From: Acanthaster planci
Taxonomy: Eukaryota
Assembly: GCF_001949145.1 (NCBI RefSeq)
Contig: NW_019091362.1
Coordinates: forward strand, 1,805,838-1,869,837
DNA: 64,000 bases
Direction of reading: 5' to 3'
The notes under the pieces are model-generated. The model did not search any database. It was not told the origin of the DNA and was given only the letters and a program-made list of their open reading frames with translations. Position 1 is the stretch's first letter. Each line of letters begins with the position of its first letter. The translations under genes and the position numbers were made by a program. Shown piece by piece: positions 14,047 to 27,406 of this stretch.

Positions 14047-14374
14047 CTGATACAGCAAAAGACATACAAGGCATCTAGAACTCGCCATGGTGATCCGAAA
14101 GGCATAATCTAAAAGATCAATTCAGACAAATTTATTGCAATTAAATCCACTTTGATCAAGCAAACTACCCTCCAAAGTCCCTTTTTCTGAACAACATAAA
14201 TCAGCAATCCCCTGAACCAACCATCCTCAATGGACATGTGACACGTAATTCTGACCTGATCCATTAGACATCTATCTCACAAAATTGAAAAACTAAGTTA
14301 ATTTCTCTCCTCTCATCGTTATTTCTTCCTTTCCATCACTGAATTTTTTTGTAATCTAATATTCGGAGAGTCAA

Positions 14375-14590
14375 GTTGGCAGAGCAGTTCTTTCATCTCT
14401 GCGGTCCAGGTTTGATTCTTCGCTCGATCCACATGTGGATCGGGTTTTCAGTCCCTACCTAATTCTGTGGGCCTTACCCAGAATATTCCTCTGGGGTTTT
14501 CCTTCCACCGCTAAAACTAACTGCTAGTGTCTCCTTTCTGTAGATATAGGTGGATGTGGGTTGTTTGGAGACTGCCCAAGGCACTCTTGT
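14375..14590 (+). mobile_element. SINE-like dispersed repeat
   Basis: Shares ATGTGGAT.GGGTT.TCA.TCCCTACCT with 35345-35455; a related reverse-complement relic lies near 7780-7880. Confidence 0.5.
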
Positions 14591-14802
14591 ATGCCATCGG
14601 CTCAAACACATTTAATGTCTTCATTGCACAGCACATTTGAACATATCTGTTTGAAATTTGTGCCTTTATCCATGAAAAAATCATCAATTAGTACTATTAT
14701 TATTATTATCAAGATTAAAATAAGGACACAAAACACAAAAACTACACAAGATTAAAAAAGCTAAGTCCAACGCAACAAATTCTAATCCCTTGCTGTATTT
14801 AC

Positions 14803-15045
14803 CTGTGACTTCATATTCAAACGTGCAAGTGTTACTGTTGTCCGCATTGTCCTTGGCTATGCACGTAATTGTATGTGATCCGACACCCAATTCAGAATTG
14901 GGCATTTTATCACATTCAACTGTTGGCTTGGGGTCAGCGTTGTCTTCCCCTCTGGGCAGATCATACTCAATAGTGGCATATGACATCTTCGGATCAGTAG
15001 AGTCTTGCTGTTTCCCTGGACAAGAGATCCCTGGTTTTTGCCGAT
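14803..15045 (-). CDS. HYR exon E11
   Basis: cag|...|gtaaa, 243 nt, DRQKPGISCP...CTFEYEVT. Confidence 0.92.
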
Positions 15046-15319
15046 CTGGAGGGTCAAATGACTTCAAATGAGCCTGAGAAAAACCTCCGCTTGCTCAACA
15101 AATACACAGCTTGAGAATCAACGCCCAAAATGATATCACTCTGACAAACAGACACACACACAGACCCCCACGTGCTTTATGTACTTAGAACGCACATTCC
15201 TTTGTTCTACTTTGGTTAAGATATATACTCCTTTTTCTCTCACTGAGAAAACTCCTTCAAGCTGGATTTTTGATGATGATTTCCTGGACTGTTCCTCTTC
15301 ATTTTGCCATGATCACCCT

Positions 15320-15450
15320 GACCCCAAAATGCCTCTGAAACCAATTTTCAGAGACAGGAAAACATTGTGTGGACATGTGCAAGTCCACACAATGCCACCG
15401 TACCCTGCATTATGTGGACATCTTTTGTGCAGAGGTCCACACTATGTATG
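15320..15450. repeat. Dispersed repeat with TGTGGAC/GTCCACA hairpins
   Basis: Reverse-complement relative at ~36893-37025. Confidence 0.55.
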
Positions 15451-16589
15451 ACGTGCTTGTGCACCCACACACAAAAGAAATTCCCGTGTGATTCTCGATA
15501 CTTCCCCTCTGGTTTGCGGGTAATGGTTATTACACAACGTGCTATGACATATTTGTAAACTGAGACTAGTCAATACGATGTCTGTCAACAACAGAAGAAT
15601 AATTTTTGAACATCAAACATTTTAGGATCCAACTAAATTAAAATCAAGCGATTGATATGCTCTTTTTTGGGGGAGGGGGAAATTACGGGTTGACAACCAC
15701 ATCTTTTTGTCTACAAATAATCAGAAAAAATAAATGTGCAGCCTTTTTCTAAACCTAGTCACTTATGCTTTTTATTCGTCATGAAAATCATAACTCTGTA
15801 GCCCTTCAATTGGTTAAATGTCTCCTTCAAAATGCACCACTGTACCTGTTCCCCCCCCAAAAAAAACCCAAATGCACTTATGTCATGTTCCTGTGTGCAG
15901 ATGTAGGACATGAATCATGCCTGCTACTGGCAATACACAGTAGAGCAAGACTTAATGACTCCGTATAGAGAGGATTTCCAGTCACCTGATTTTTGACGCG
16001 TGTTCAATTTACTTAGATGTGCACGGCAATGCATGCACATTCTAAGTCTCTCAAGATTCTGGTGTACATGAAAGTACCAACAGATATACACACATTAAAA
16101 AATCCACGCACTCCCGCGGACATGGTACACTTCCTGAAATGCTTTTGCCTGTCATAATACATCACATGAAAAACCCCTATTGCTTAAAATTCAATCTCAT
16201 TTGGGCCCCACAGACTTTCCAAAACTTGATGAAAGAAACCTCTCCAAAATCTGTCTTTGTAGCCAAACACTCGGCCGGGCTCTACCAGAATTTTCAAGCA
16301 CCTCTTACGAGTCAAAGTCAAGGTCCTCTCCATACGCGGATACCATTGCAGTTTAAAGTTTGCATTGCCAATGGCATTTCAAGAGGGAGAAGTTTGCCAC
16401 CTGTACTGTTGATAGACTGAGCAGATAACATTGTATTACCTGCTCCAAAGGTGAACAATGAAATCTCGGTTTCAGAGGGGACCAGATTATTAAAAGAGAA
16501 ATTTCCCTCGTGCTTACTTCCAGGCAAGAAAATAAAAACCTCAAGAGTAAAAGGTACCTCACGCATCAAAGGTTAATTATACACTGTAC

Positions 16590-16832
16590 CTTCGATCTCA
16601 ATGATGAAGGTGCAGTTCTGCTTGTTGTGAGATGCATCAGTGGCGGTGCACACCACAACATTTTCTCCAGCGTTAAATTTCGAGCCAGAATCCGGGGTGC
16701 AGGCGACTTGTGGATCCTTGTCCCAGTTGTCAACGGCCTCAGGGATATCAAAGGATATGGTACCCACCGACTGGTCCTCATCCATGCCCTCTGTCATCCG
16801 TACTGGACAAGTTAGGTCAGGAGGTTCAGAAT
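16590..16832 (-). CDS. HYR exon E12
   Basis: cag|...|gtaca, 243 nt, DSEPPDLTCP...CTFIIEIE. Confidence 0.92.
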
Positions 16833-18507
16833 CTGTGAAGGATACAGTACGAAGGCATTCTTGAGGAATTCTGTGAGCCACAGTCAAAGACGACCACAAC
16901 CCCAAGAGAGCCAACTCTGTTGTCTGTGAAGACTATGTGTAATTGTTTTTTTTTTTATAAAAAATGTATTTATTAAAAAAAAAAGAACAAATTACAGATT
17001 TTTTCACTGCAATGAATCCCTTGATAACTGTCCATGCATTGCAATACACTTGAATGTGTAAGTGATTTGATTCTTTCCATTTCTGAAGACATAAAAGCTG
17101 ATCAGACACATTCAGAATATTCCGTTTTAATTATCTCATTCCAAAAAAAAGAAGAAAACAATAACCAAAAGGTCTACCAATACAAGTAAAATGTGCTTCA
17201 TGACAAACAGACCAATGTAGAGGTAATGTGCACCCGTACTTGGTGAATGCACAAGCACTGTGATTGGTCCAATGTAATTATGCACTTTGCGTTTATGGCA
17301 GAGGCCAAAAGATAAAGTGAACCTAAAGCACCTCTAATATGGGCATCTGAATTTGATTTGGTGATTGAAATCAATTTTTTTTGGATTAAACCGTCAGTCT
17401 TACATAAGTACAAATAATATTGGATGGCTTGAAACCCTGCGAGTGGCCACGCCCACAAAATTACATGGAGTAGCCACACGGATAAAAAAAATCCAGGTCA
17501 TTTTCGGGTCATGTCTGTAGCTCAGTGCACCAATGATAAACCTGTCCGACTGTTTATGGTTGCTAACACACCCATGAGCTCCACTCTTTATCTACAATTT
17601 ATTTGCTGCTGTGAAAGCACAGTTATACTAGTCACAACCCAAACAGCCGTGACCTGTTGGCACATGTCTCTCAACAAAGAGATCCACTTACTGCTGGAGG
17701 GGGGGGCATATGGCACCCCTGGGAATACTGGTCTTTCAACAGGCCATAATCTGCAGTGGTAATAGTCTTGAAGCACATTAGTTGCGTGAGGATTACAAAA
17801 ATTTTGAGTTTAATTCAACAAAAAGTAAAAAAGTTATTCAAAACACTGGGATGCATTTGCTGTCCGGTGCCGTTGACCTGAGGGTGAATTTACAGGGAAT
17901 TTACACATATACAGTTGAAATTAGATCACGGGTCCCCCACAAAGAGCTGGGTATGACGAGCACAGGGTCCTATTTCCTGGGCCCAAAGGCCAACTTTTTA
18001 TGGCACACATCTTCCCAAAATGTAAAACAAGAAAAATAACTTGAGGTGTTTCCATTCAACCAAACTTAAAGAAATGCTTTCAGTTCCCCTGGATTCACTT
18101 TTGCAGTTGCTGTTTACTGTCTTGCCACATGATGCCGCTACAACTGGTCAGAAATCTCCAGTGCAGTGCCCAACTGGGGAATATACTGTGGACGTTAAGT
18201 GAGGGTGGCACGTGGCCAGTTCAAGCAATGCAAAATTGAGGTACCGGCCTGTATCAGTGAACGACACAAGACCATTTTTAGCCGACCAGGAAAAAGAACC
18301 AGCTAGAGGTGTGTTACAACAGAGTTCACCGCACCGGAACAAAACTGGACTCAGTGTCGACTGGTAGAATATTGTTAGAGATCAATATATGCAATACATG
18401 TATAATCTCTTATCCCCCTCAAAGCCATGCAATATTTTATAATTATCCTTCACTCCTATTTTACGCCTGTGAATGCAAGCAGCGTGTTGTGCCCTCCAAA
18501 CACTAAC

Positions 18508-18750
18508 CTTTGACGACCACAGAGAAGGTGCACTCGTTGGTGTTCCCTGCACCATCTGTGGCAGTACAAGTCACCTCCGTGGAACCGATTGTAAAGTCCG
18601 AGCCGGACTTAGGATCACAGTCCACAATTGGAGGTTCATCACTGTTGTCCGTTACATCTGGTGAATCATACTCCACTGCAGTTTTTGTCGAGCCTTGGTC
18701 GGCTGACTCGGGCGGGGGAGGATGGCAAGTGATTGTTGGCCCCTCATTAT
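18508..18750 (-). CDS. HYR exon E13
   Basis: tag|...|gttag, 243 nt, DNEGPTITCH...CTFSVVVK. Confidence 0.92.
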
Positions 18751-19543
18751 CTAAGAAGTACCGAAAATCGTTCATCATTGAGTTACAATGCAATGAAGAG
18801 CTGAAAAGTTTCTGGGATCAAGAACTACACCAACTTTTGATGGCACTAAGTTCCAAGCCAAATATAACAACTGCACCTCACAATTCTAATACTTTCAGTG
18901 CTGAATAAATACAATTTAAATGAATCTCTCAAATACATGCTTTAGTGAACCACTTTTCAAGTTTATGGGGTGTCAGGTATTTGCTATTAAAGTGTAGTTG
19001 TGGTTTCTTCTTAAATGTAGGGAAGCCTGTTTACATCGCTATTTGGCTGAATGCACTTAAAAGTGCACTCTTTGAAATAAATATCATCCATACTTTTCCC
19101 TGGTCAACTGAGGGCGCTGTCGCTGTGATGTCATCTGAGGAAGACAAAGTTCTGTGTGTAGGTTTTTCTATTTAAATTTTGAACCATAAATTTACCAACT
19201 GCCAATATATCCAAGAAAGGCTACTTGCTTGCTTATTGACAATGAATCGTCAAAAATGAGAAAATTTCATCCAGCAATTTATAGAAATACAGTTCTTTGT
19301 CAGCGAACACATGTGGGATTGGAGGCTTTCGTCCAGTTTTGCTCATGAGTTGAAAGTACTCATCTGCACAAGAACTAAAATGACAGACAACCACCCTTTG
19401 AAAGACAGAAATTAAAAGGGAGATTCACTTTATGATTTTGAATAAAAAATTCCATTTCAGCTGCCCTTGATGGTTTTGACATTAGAAAGGGACAAGTCAA
19501 CTGCAGCAGAACGTTTGGATAATGCCCTTGGATCTTTACATAC

Positions 19544-19786
19544 CTTCCACTGTGATGGTTAAGGAGCAATCTCCCACGTTGCCGGCATCATCGGTGGCAG
19601 TGCACAACACTGGGGTCTCTCCGATGTCAAACTGATCTCCTGAACTGGGCTCGCAATTGACGTCTGGCTCGGAGTCTGTGTTGTCGCGCACTTTGGGCAG
19701 CAAAAATTCAACTGTGGCATAAGACTGCCCCTCGTCTACCGGTTCAGTCATGACAATCGGACACTCCAATTCTGGGGCCTCCTTAT
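19544..19786 (-). CDS. HYR exon E14
   Basis: cag|...|gtatg, 243 nt, DKEAPELECP...CSLTITVE. Confidence 0.93.
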
Positions 19787-20019
19787 CTGAAGCACAAAGT
19801 CGACAATAGGAAATGAGAGATAGTAGATTGTTGACAACACCACATTCAGTAATAAATAAAAAAAAAAGAATAAAAACTGAAGAGCGGGATGTAATTATAC
19901 TGACAATATAATTTCAATATAATTTCAATATAATTCCAATGATTTTAATATTGGCACCCATTAGATGCTTGTCACCCCTGAACAAAAATAAAGGACAAAT
20001 GGGAAGAGCCACCAACATA

Positions 20020-20108
20020 GCGCTGGAAGATTAGTTTGTAGAGCACCTGTACGATATTCTGGAGGTCGGAAATTCAAATCCCGCTCCAGTCAATTTCTTT
20101 GTTCATCC
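20020..20108 (+). mobile_element. tRNA-derived SINE head fragment
   Basis: A-box-like TTAGTTTGTAGAGCACC and B-box-like GGAGGTCGGAAATTCAAATCCCGC. Confidence 0.5.
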
Positions 20109-21133
20109 TTATAATGACAAAAATCGTTGGATTTCTCCATGGTCGTTGATGTTATGTTGTTTTTAGGCCACATTGCACAAGTTCAAACAATGCAAGGCAA
20201 CTGAGCATTAACACACTCTTTGTAAACTACTGTACACTCTGAATTGGGCTGACTTAATAAATGGTCCAACAGGATCAACGTGTACTGGTGAGACAGCAGT
20301 GATCTTTCATGCACACAACGTAACTCTTCAATCCAATCGTGCATGCCGCCCATGCACCCCAATGGTCGGTTTGCATCTCCTCCAGCTAGACCTATCGTTC
20401 TCCCCCCCCCCGACAGACCCAGCATCAGACCTGGCAATAGATTTTATAATAGTCTCATCCCATATTTGACCAGATGAAGCAGTCAAAGTTTGATCTTTCT
20501 TTGGCCGCAGCCTGTATAAAGACACGATTTATAAATTGATATCACTACGCATATAAATTTAATATAATTTGCATAATATGTCAACTTCCTTTTTTTGTAT
20601 ATTTTATTCTTAGGTGCAATTGTCTTGTCTTCTATTTATGGCCCCTTTTGATACTTCATAGTCATTTTGTATGTGTCTTGTGCAATCTGTACTTTTAACA
20701 TATTCAATTTTTATCTGTTATGTAACCACTTCATAATTCAACCTTCGAGGTGCAAATAAACCAGAATAATAATAATTATAAATATCAGACGACTTTTTAT
20801 GGGTGTTTTAAAACAAGGTTCCTTAAGAATTTCTTTACATTCTCATCTGAAGTTAACAGAAGATCCTGAAATTTCCAGAACAGACTTGAACTGTTACGTT
20901 GGGGACAACATCCATTAATTTAAGAAAGAACTTTTGGAATTCATATGGGGACTAGTTCTGGACTTCCTTGGCATATTTATCACATCCAGCAATAAAGCAG
21001 CACTGGACTATTTGTACATGCCAGTTACTCCCTCAGAACCTCTGCCATGTTTTCCTGTTACTTCAAAGCAACAGCATTTCAGAAAAAAGTTTGCAGCACA
21101 TACAGGCTCGTCAAAATTGTGACATATACAAAC

Positions 21134-21404
21134 ACAAATTACGCATGTAAAAGAAGAGTTACTTTACATGACCAACATCACCAAGGGAAAGATTTGAGTG
21201 AACAAATTACGCATGTAAAAGAAGAGTTATTTTACATGACCAACATCACCAGGGGTAAGATTTGAGTGAACAAATTACGCAGGTAAAAGAAGAGTTACTT
21301 TACATGACCAACATCACCAGGGGTAAGATTTGAGTGAACAAATTTCGCAGGTAAAAGAAGAGTTATTTTACATGACCAACATCACCAGGGGTGAGATTTG
21401 AGTG
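21134..21404. repeat. Minisatellite, 4 x 68 bp
   Basis: Units start at 21134, 21202, 21270 and 21338 (ACAAATTACGCA(T/G)GTAAAAGAAGAGTTA...GATTTGAGTGA). Confidence 0.95.
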
Positions 21405-22101
21405 TACAGGAAAACTAAGGAAAGCTGTCTTCTTAAGTGCATCTCTCGATCCTTCATTTCAACAAAACATTGTGCACATGTACCCACAGTATTCTTGCTC
21501 TTTTGTTTTTTGACTAACTTCAAATAATATCCATTTTCCTTTTTCACTGACTGTTTTCTACCTGACTTGAGCCACAAAAGTCTCCTCTGATTTTTTTCTT
21601 AAAGCTGTAACCAAGTGGCAGATCTCCACCTCAATCGATGACTTTAACAGCAATAATTTTGATCAAATGAACCACACAGGGCCAAAAAAAAAAAAAAGTA
21701 CCTCGGAAGTTTTTTGGCTCAGGTACACAACTAGAAGCTATTTGAGGACTTGTCCTTACATTTTAATACCCTACCCCCCACCATGAGCTGTATTCCATTG
21801 CATTCCAGCAGGAGTAACAACATAAGAGGGCGAGTTCTATCCAAATCTGAACTTATTCAAGTCCTGCATTAACTTTTATGCAAAATTCAGAAATGAACAG
21901 TTTTGGCAAAATCAAATAGAAAAATCCATATATCCATAGTTTTCCAAAAATTTCCGGGAAAAAAAAACAGACAAAGCATCACTGTGAAAATCCGGAGCAA
22001 TGCCTCAAACTTAGTGTATTACGACCCGTAAACCGAACCGACGAACCAAACCAAACCCAACCCAACCCATCAATCAATCAATCAATGTTTTTTTTTCATA
22101 C

Positions 22102-22344
22102 CCTCAACTTCAATTGTGAATGTGCACTCCTTTTCGTTCTCCGAAGAGTCGATGGCGGTGCAGGTAACATTTGTCTTTCCCAACGAAAACTCTGATCCGG
22201 GCCCCATGACACATGTGACGCTGGGATTGGCATCAACATTGTCAGTGGCAGACGGGATGCCATAGGGGACGGTCGCAAATGACTTGCCAGGGTCCGTGGG
22301 CCTCAGCATATTCTTTGGGCAGGTCAGCTTCGGTTCCTCCTCAT
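22102..22344 (-). CDS. HYR exon E15
   Basis: aag|...|gtatg, 243 nt, DEEEPKLTCP...CTFTIEVE. Confidence 0.9.
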
Positions 22345-22787
22345 CTTGAGTATCAAAATAGAAAGACGAGTTACTTCTCATCTTGGAGCTGAATCTTTAT
22401 GTCTTTGAAGATGCTAAACAACATCACTTTATCCACCTTCATAACAGTGCAATAACAGCATGATGAACAAAATGAAAACCAAGGTCATCTTGCTTGTGTT
22501 GGTTTGCAAAGGTGTCTTGATTTTGAAAAGTATCACCGGACAACTCTGGTTACATCACATGCCACAAAGACTACCCGAGGCCAATTATGAAGACTGCCAA
22601 GAATAAACAAGTCAGTCAGCATTGACATATGTTTCGCTCGGCAAAAGCATCTCAAAAATCTAACTAAAATGTCATGTGATGCATACTCTATCATGCCAGT
22701 AAACTTCGGCTCAGCAAGTGACATATTAGAAATCTTTTAATCAAAAAGGAATTTTTAAATTTAAAAAAAAAAGAGAAAAATTCACAC

Positions 22788-23033
22788 CTTCGACGACAAC
22801 ATCAAAGCTGCATGGCTTCTTGTTGCCAGCATCGTCTAAGGCTGTGCATCTGACTGTGGTGGTACCAATCGCAAACTCTGTATTTGTGTCTTTGGAGCAT
22901 GTCACTTCGGGATCAGGATCAGCATTATCAGATGCCGTTACTTCACCATAGTCCACAGTAGCAGTCGGCTTGCCAGTATCGGTTTTAAACGGAGGCATTG
23001 GCAATGGGCAAGTAATGTCAGGCTTTTCAATAT
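22788..23033 (-). CDS. HYR exon E16
   Basis: cag|...|gtgtg, 246 nt, DIEKPDITCP...CSFDVVVE. Confidence 0.92.
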
Positions 23034-24089
23034 CTGTGAGAGAAATACCCACCACAAGTTTGCATCAATGTTACACAAACAACATTCCCTCTATATATAA
23101 GATAGCAATCACTTTGAAATTTAAGATTTAACTCTAAAAGAGCTGGGGGAGATTTCTCCAATTTTTCTGATAGCGCATTTTTCACGAGCTTATCCTTGAG
23201 AAGTTTTTGCAATAACTCTTTGATCCCATTTGACACAAATTTTGTAATATTCTTGTGCAGGGCCCATTTTCCTAGACAGGAGAGCCAAAATCATAAACTT
23301 TCTGAAGCTGTGCTGGATGCATGTAGGCTGGTGCACATGTAACCTTCAACTTCGAATAACCCTAATAACAAAACAGCATGTTGGATTGAGTTGGAATTCC
23401 ACTTTTGATGAGGAGTGTCTTTTCCATTCATAGTAAGTTTTAAAAATTGGGCATGAGATGGTGGAGTTCGTAAGGGGAGGTTGATCTCTCTGGCTGTGAG
23501 ATTGCCCAACATAGCACTTTCAGGGTTATCAACTATACCAAAAATAAGGCTCGATCAATCTTCACACAAATTTGACTGCAAAGTGAATTCAATGTCACGG
23601 AAAGCAGAAAACTGTTTGCCAGTGTAACAGTCAAGCAACTTGGCCTCAAAAGGCATTATTGCCCTCCAGCTTGGTAATGGGCAACATCCTTTACTGTCCA
23701 TCTGCACCACTTGTTTGTTAACACTCCCATTTGGCAAACTACCGAAACCTCCAAAACTGTTCATCTCTGCTGTTACCCACAACGAGCCGCAAATAACCCC
23801 CAAAATACTCCACTTTCTGAAGTACTCCTCATTAACAATGTAAGGGACTAATCACTGATACTTTGTATTTTAAAGATTGTGTTGACTTGCAAATCTTTCC
23901 AGCTGTGAGGTAGGGAGGACACTCTTCAAAGTATCCTTGCAAAGTAGTTCTCAACCCAAGTACAGTGTCTACAAGTTACAGCTGGGAAAACTGTCGAACA
24001 GATGTGCTACTGCAAACAAAAGGACAGGGCAAATGTAGTATGCCCCCTTAGCTTTTACGAGCGGGCATCGACAATTCGGTTGTCCATAC

Positions 24090-24335
24090 CGACGACTTCG
24101 ACGCGGAAGGAACAGTTGGCACTGTTGTCGGACCTGTCCGTGAGTGTGCAGAGGACTATGTTCCCTCCAATGCCGAATTCTGAACCTGAAGCTTGGTCAC
24201 AAGACAGTTTTGGCTCGGGGTCCTCGTTGTCACGTTTGACTAGTATGTTGTAGTCCACAATGGCGTATGCTTTCCCTATATCAGTAGGCAAACCTTCCAT
24301 GTCATCTGGGCATTTGATCTTTGGGGGTTCCTCAT
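24090..24335 (-). CDS. HYR exon E17
   Basis: cag|...|gtatg, 246 nt, DEEPPKIKCP...CSFRVEVV. Confidence 0.92.
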
Positions 24336-25394
24336 CTGAAGGGAAAATGAAAATGAAGCCACTCCGATTGACAGTTTTATTCTTCGTCTCTTAAACTTGA
24401 AATTTCAATTAATATTGAATACACTGTGAAAGTTTTTTGAAAAATCACGTCTCAAGATATTTTACAAGTATGGTACAATACTGCAATTAGCAATATGAAA
24501 AAATCTTACAATTTTCAAGTTACAAAATAGTAAATACAGATTTGTTTTGGTTAATAATCGACCACCTTTCCACAAAAAATCCCTCAACTGACAATGTCAA
24601 TTTCGACCTAGAGCAGCCTTGAACTCCATTTCCTACTTCAATTTCATTCCTCATTCTGATCAATTTGTCAAAGTTGGTGTCGATTTGAGTAAGTGAGAAA
24701 AAACCGTCTGTTGCAATTCAATATTGGAAGGTGGTCTTTTTTCCAATGGTTAGTTCTGTTTTTTTTCCAAATTGCTGTGACAATAGACTCACAATATAAT
24801 GATGCCACGTTTTTTTTACAGGAGAGCTTTCTGAATGAACCATAATAGATCGCACCCCAGCTGAATTTGATAGGAAAGCGCATGTACAAACTGAGTGTTA
24901 TGTCACTCTGTTTAGCCCCTTGACGACAGGAACTTTTTTCAAAAAGCCGACTCTGAGAATTCCAGCCTCATTTGGCCACGAAGGCCACCTGCCAAACCGC
25001 AAATTCTCGGTTTGTGGCCCTGCGTGCTCTGCACGATTTGAATTACACAGTGAAAAGGCTGATTGTTCGGTGGCATGCTGCTCTACTCACGCTTCCACAT
25101 TCCCGTTGCCTCTTTTCAAAGTGAAGACTATTGTGAAGCTGGTGATTATGATGCAAATTCGGTCTTTTCATTTCTGGGCTACACACAAAGGCCAATCACC
25201 ATATATATAAGAGCCAGGGTATTTTTTTGAACAGAATGGTGACAGGAACAAAATGAAGGCTCAAAGCAAGAAGAGAATTATACTCTCTAAGAAACAAAAT
25301 ACGCTCATATCTCAAAATGCCACATTGTGCATGAAGTAATACGCTTCCTGTTCCGTCTACACCCATGTGCAAGTTTATCTTCATGCAGACGTAC

Positions 25395-25637
25395 CCTTGA
25401 CATTGATGGGAAACGAGCATGAGTCTTTGTTGCCATACTTGTCAGTGGCAGTGCATGTGACCGTGTTCTTGCCCGCCCCAAATTGGGAGCCTGGTCCTTC
25501 TTTGCAGTCTACCTGCGGGCTGGCGTCTGCGTTATCGGTTGCCTGTGGCGGAGTATACGGTACTGTGGCATATGCTTGGTCGGTATCAGTGGTTCTATCC
25601 ATGGCATCGGGGCACGTCACTTTGGGCGTTTCTTTGT
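25395..25637 (-). CDS. HYR exon E18
   Basis: cag|...|gtacg, 243 nt, DKETPKVTCP...CSFPINVK. Confidence 0.92.
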
Positions 25638-25810
25638 CTGAAAATGGACAGACACACAAATCAAAGCATCATAAACTTTCCATCATCAGCTTTCGTTGCC
25701 ACTGCACAAAACTAAACAAGCTAAAAAAAATTCTGCTCAGCAAGTGACATTTTTAAATATCTCTTAAAAAAAAAAAGCAATTTTTGAATAATAATAAAAA
25801 AACTGCACAC

Positions 25811-26056
25811 CTTCAACAACAACATCAAAGCTGCATGACCTCTTGTTGCCAGCATCGTCTGAGGCTGTGCATCTGACTGTGGTGGTACCAATCGCAAACT
25901 CTTTATTTGTGTCCTTGGTGCATGTCACTTCGGGATCAGGATCAGCATTGTCAGATGCCGTCACTTCACCATAGTCCACAGTAGCAGTCGCCTTGCCAGT
26001 ATCAGTTTTAAACGGAGGCATTGGCAATGGGCACGTAATGTCAGGCTTTTCAATAT
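25811..26056 (-). CDS. HYR exon E19 (young copy of E16)
   Basis: cag|...|gtgtg, 246 nt; differs from E16 at 6 of 82 residues and shares flanking intron sequence. Confidence 0.85.
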
Positions 26057-26097
26057 CTGTGAGAGAAATACCCACCACAAGTTTGCATCAATGTTAA

Positions 26098-26644
26098 CCA
26101 CTTCATGCCGGGGCATTTTTCAATGTTGATGATGCTGAGCCGCCGTGACTATCATTTTTTCCGTTTTCAAAATCCTTCAAAAATTCATCATTTCATTTAA
26201 CAGTCATTTATAGCCACACGAAGTAGTCTCTTGGCACTACTCTAAGTNNNNNNNNNNNNNNNNNNNNNNNNNNNNNNNNNNNNNNNNNNNNNNNNNNNNN
26301 NNNNNNNNNNNNNNNNNNNNNNNNNNNNNNNNNNNNNNNNNNNNNNNNNNNNNNNNNNNNNNNNNNNNNNNNNNNNNNNNNNNNNNNNNNNNNNNNNNNN
26401 NNNNNNNNNNNNNNNNNNNNNNNNNNNNNNNNNNNNNNNNNNNNNNNNNNNNNNNNNNNNNNNNNNNNNNNNNNNNNNNNNNNNNNNNNNNNNNNNNNNN
26501 NNNNNNNNNNNNNNNNNNNNNNNNNNNNNNNNNNNNNNNNNNNNNNNNNNNNNNNNNNNNNNNNNNNNNNNNNNNNNNNNNNNNNNNNNNNNNNNNNNNN
26601 NNNAATCATACGTCTCCGATTCCGGAGTTCCTGGCAGGAAGTGG
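26098..26644. mobile_element. piggyBac-like MITE, copy 3, inverted relative to copy 1 and spanning the assembly gap
   Basis: TTAA-CCACTTCATGCCGG ... CCTGGCAGGAAGTGG-TTAA; the empty site is visible in the paralogous intron at ~23068-23080. Confidence 0.8.
26248..26603. other. Assembly gap (356 N)
   Basis: Run of N. Confidence 1.
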
Positions 26645-26814
26645 TTAAACAAACGTCATTCCATCTATATATAAGATAGCAATCACTTTGAAATTTAAGA
26701 TTCATTTCTCCAATTTTTCTGGCAGTGCTTTTTATTTTACGAGTCTAGCCTTAAGAAGTTTTTGCAACAAAATTTCTGGGCACAATGGTGACTGGACAAA
26801 AAATGGAGGCTCAC

Positions 26815-27057
26815 CTTCGACTGTAATATTGAATGGGCATGTGTGTGTATTGCCTGCAGAGTCCATGGCTGTACATGAGACTGTATGTACTCCGACACTG
26901 AGTGGTGTGTTTACTGCTGGGGTACAAGTTACATCGACCACACCTTCTACACTATCAATTGCTCTTGGTACTGTGTAGGACGCCTTAGCAGTTGACTGCT
27001 TGGTGTCCGTGGGTACCCTCATGGCAATTGGGCAATCAAACATGGGTGCTTCATTGT
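26815..27057 (-). CDS. HYR exon E20 (A-type)
   Basis: cag|...|gtgag, 243 nt, DNEAPMFDCP...CPFNITVE. Confidence 0.92.
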
Positions 27058-27163
27058 CTGAAAGTCAAAAAAATAAAGAAAAAACAATTCATATGGAATC
27101 AATGAAACAGTGATCCAAAGATGATGAGATATTCAGAAGTAGATAACGAGGGGAAATTCTCAC

Positions 27164-27406
27164 CACCGACATCAATAGTAAAGGAGCACTTTTTAGAGTT
27201 GCCAGACTTGTCAGTGGCAGAACAGTGAACCGTCGATTTGCCAATTGGAAATCGGGAGCCCGACTCTTTAACACAGTTGACCTGGAGATTAGAGTCCACA
27301 TTGTCGGTGACGTCTGGTACTGTATAGTTGACGGTGGCATAAGACTTGCTCGGATCAACAGTTTCTGTCATGTTAACTGGGCATTTGAACTTAGGCTCTT
27401 CCTTGT
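27164..27406 (-). CDS. HYR exon E21 (B-type)
   Basis: tag|...|gtgag, 243 nt, DKEEPKFKCP...CSFTIDVG. Confidence 0.92.

Noticed and set aside
21134..21404. CRISPR-like array
   Set aside because: No unique spacers, and the context is a eukaryotic intron; it is a plain tandem repeat.
26208..26705. ORFs running through the N gap
   Set aside because: Artefact of N translation.
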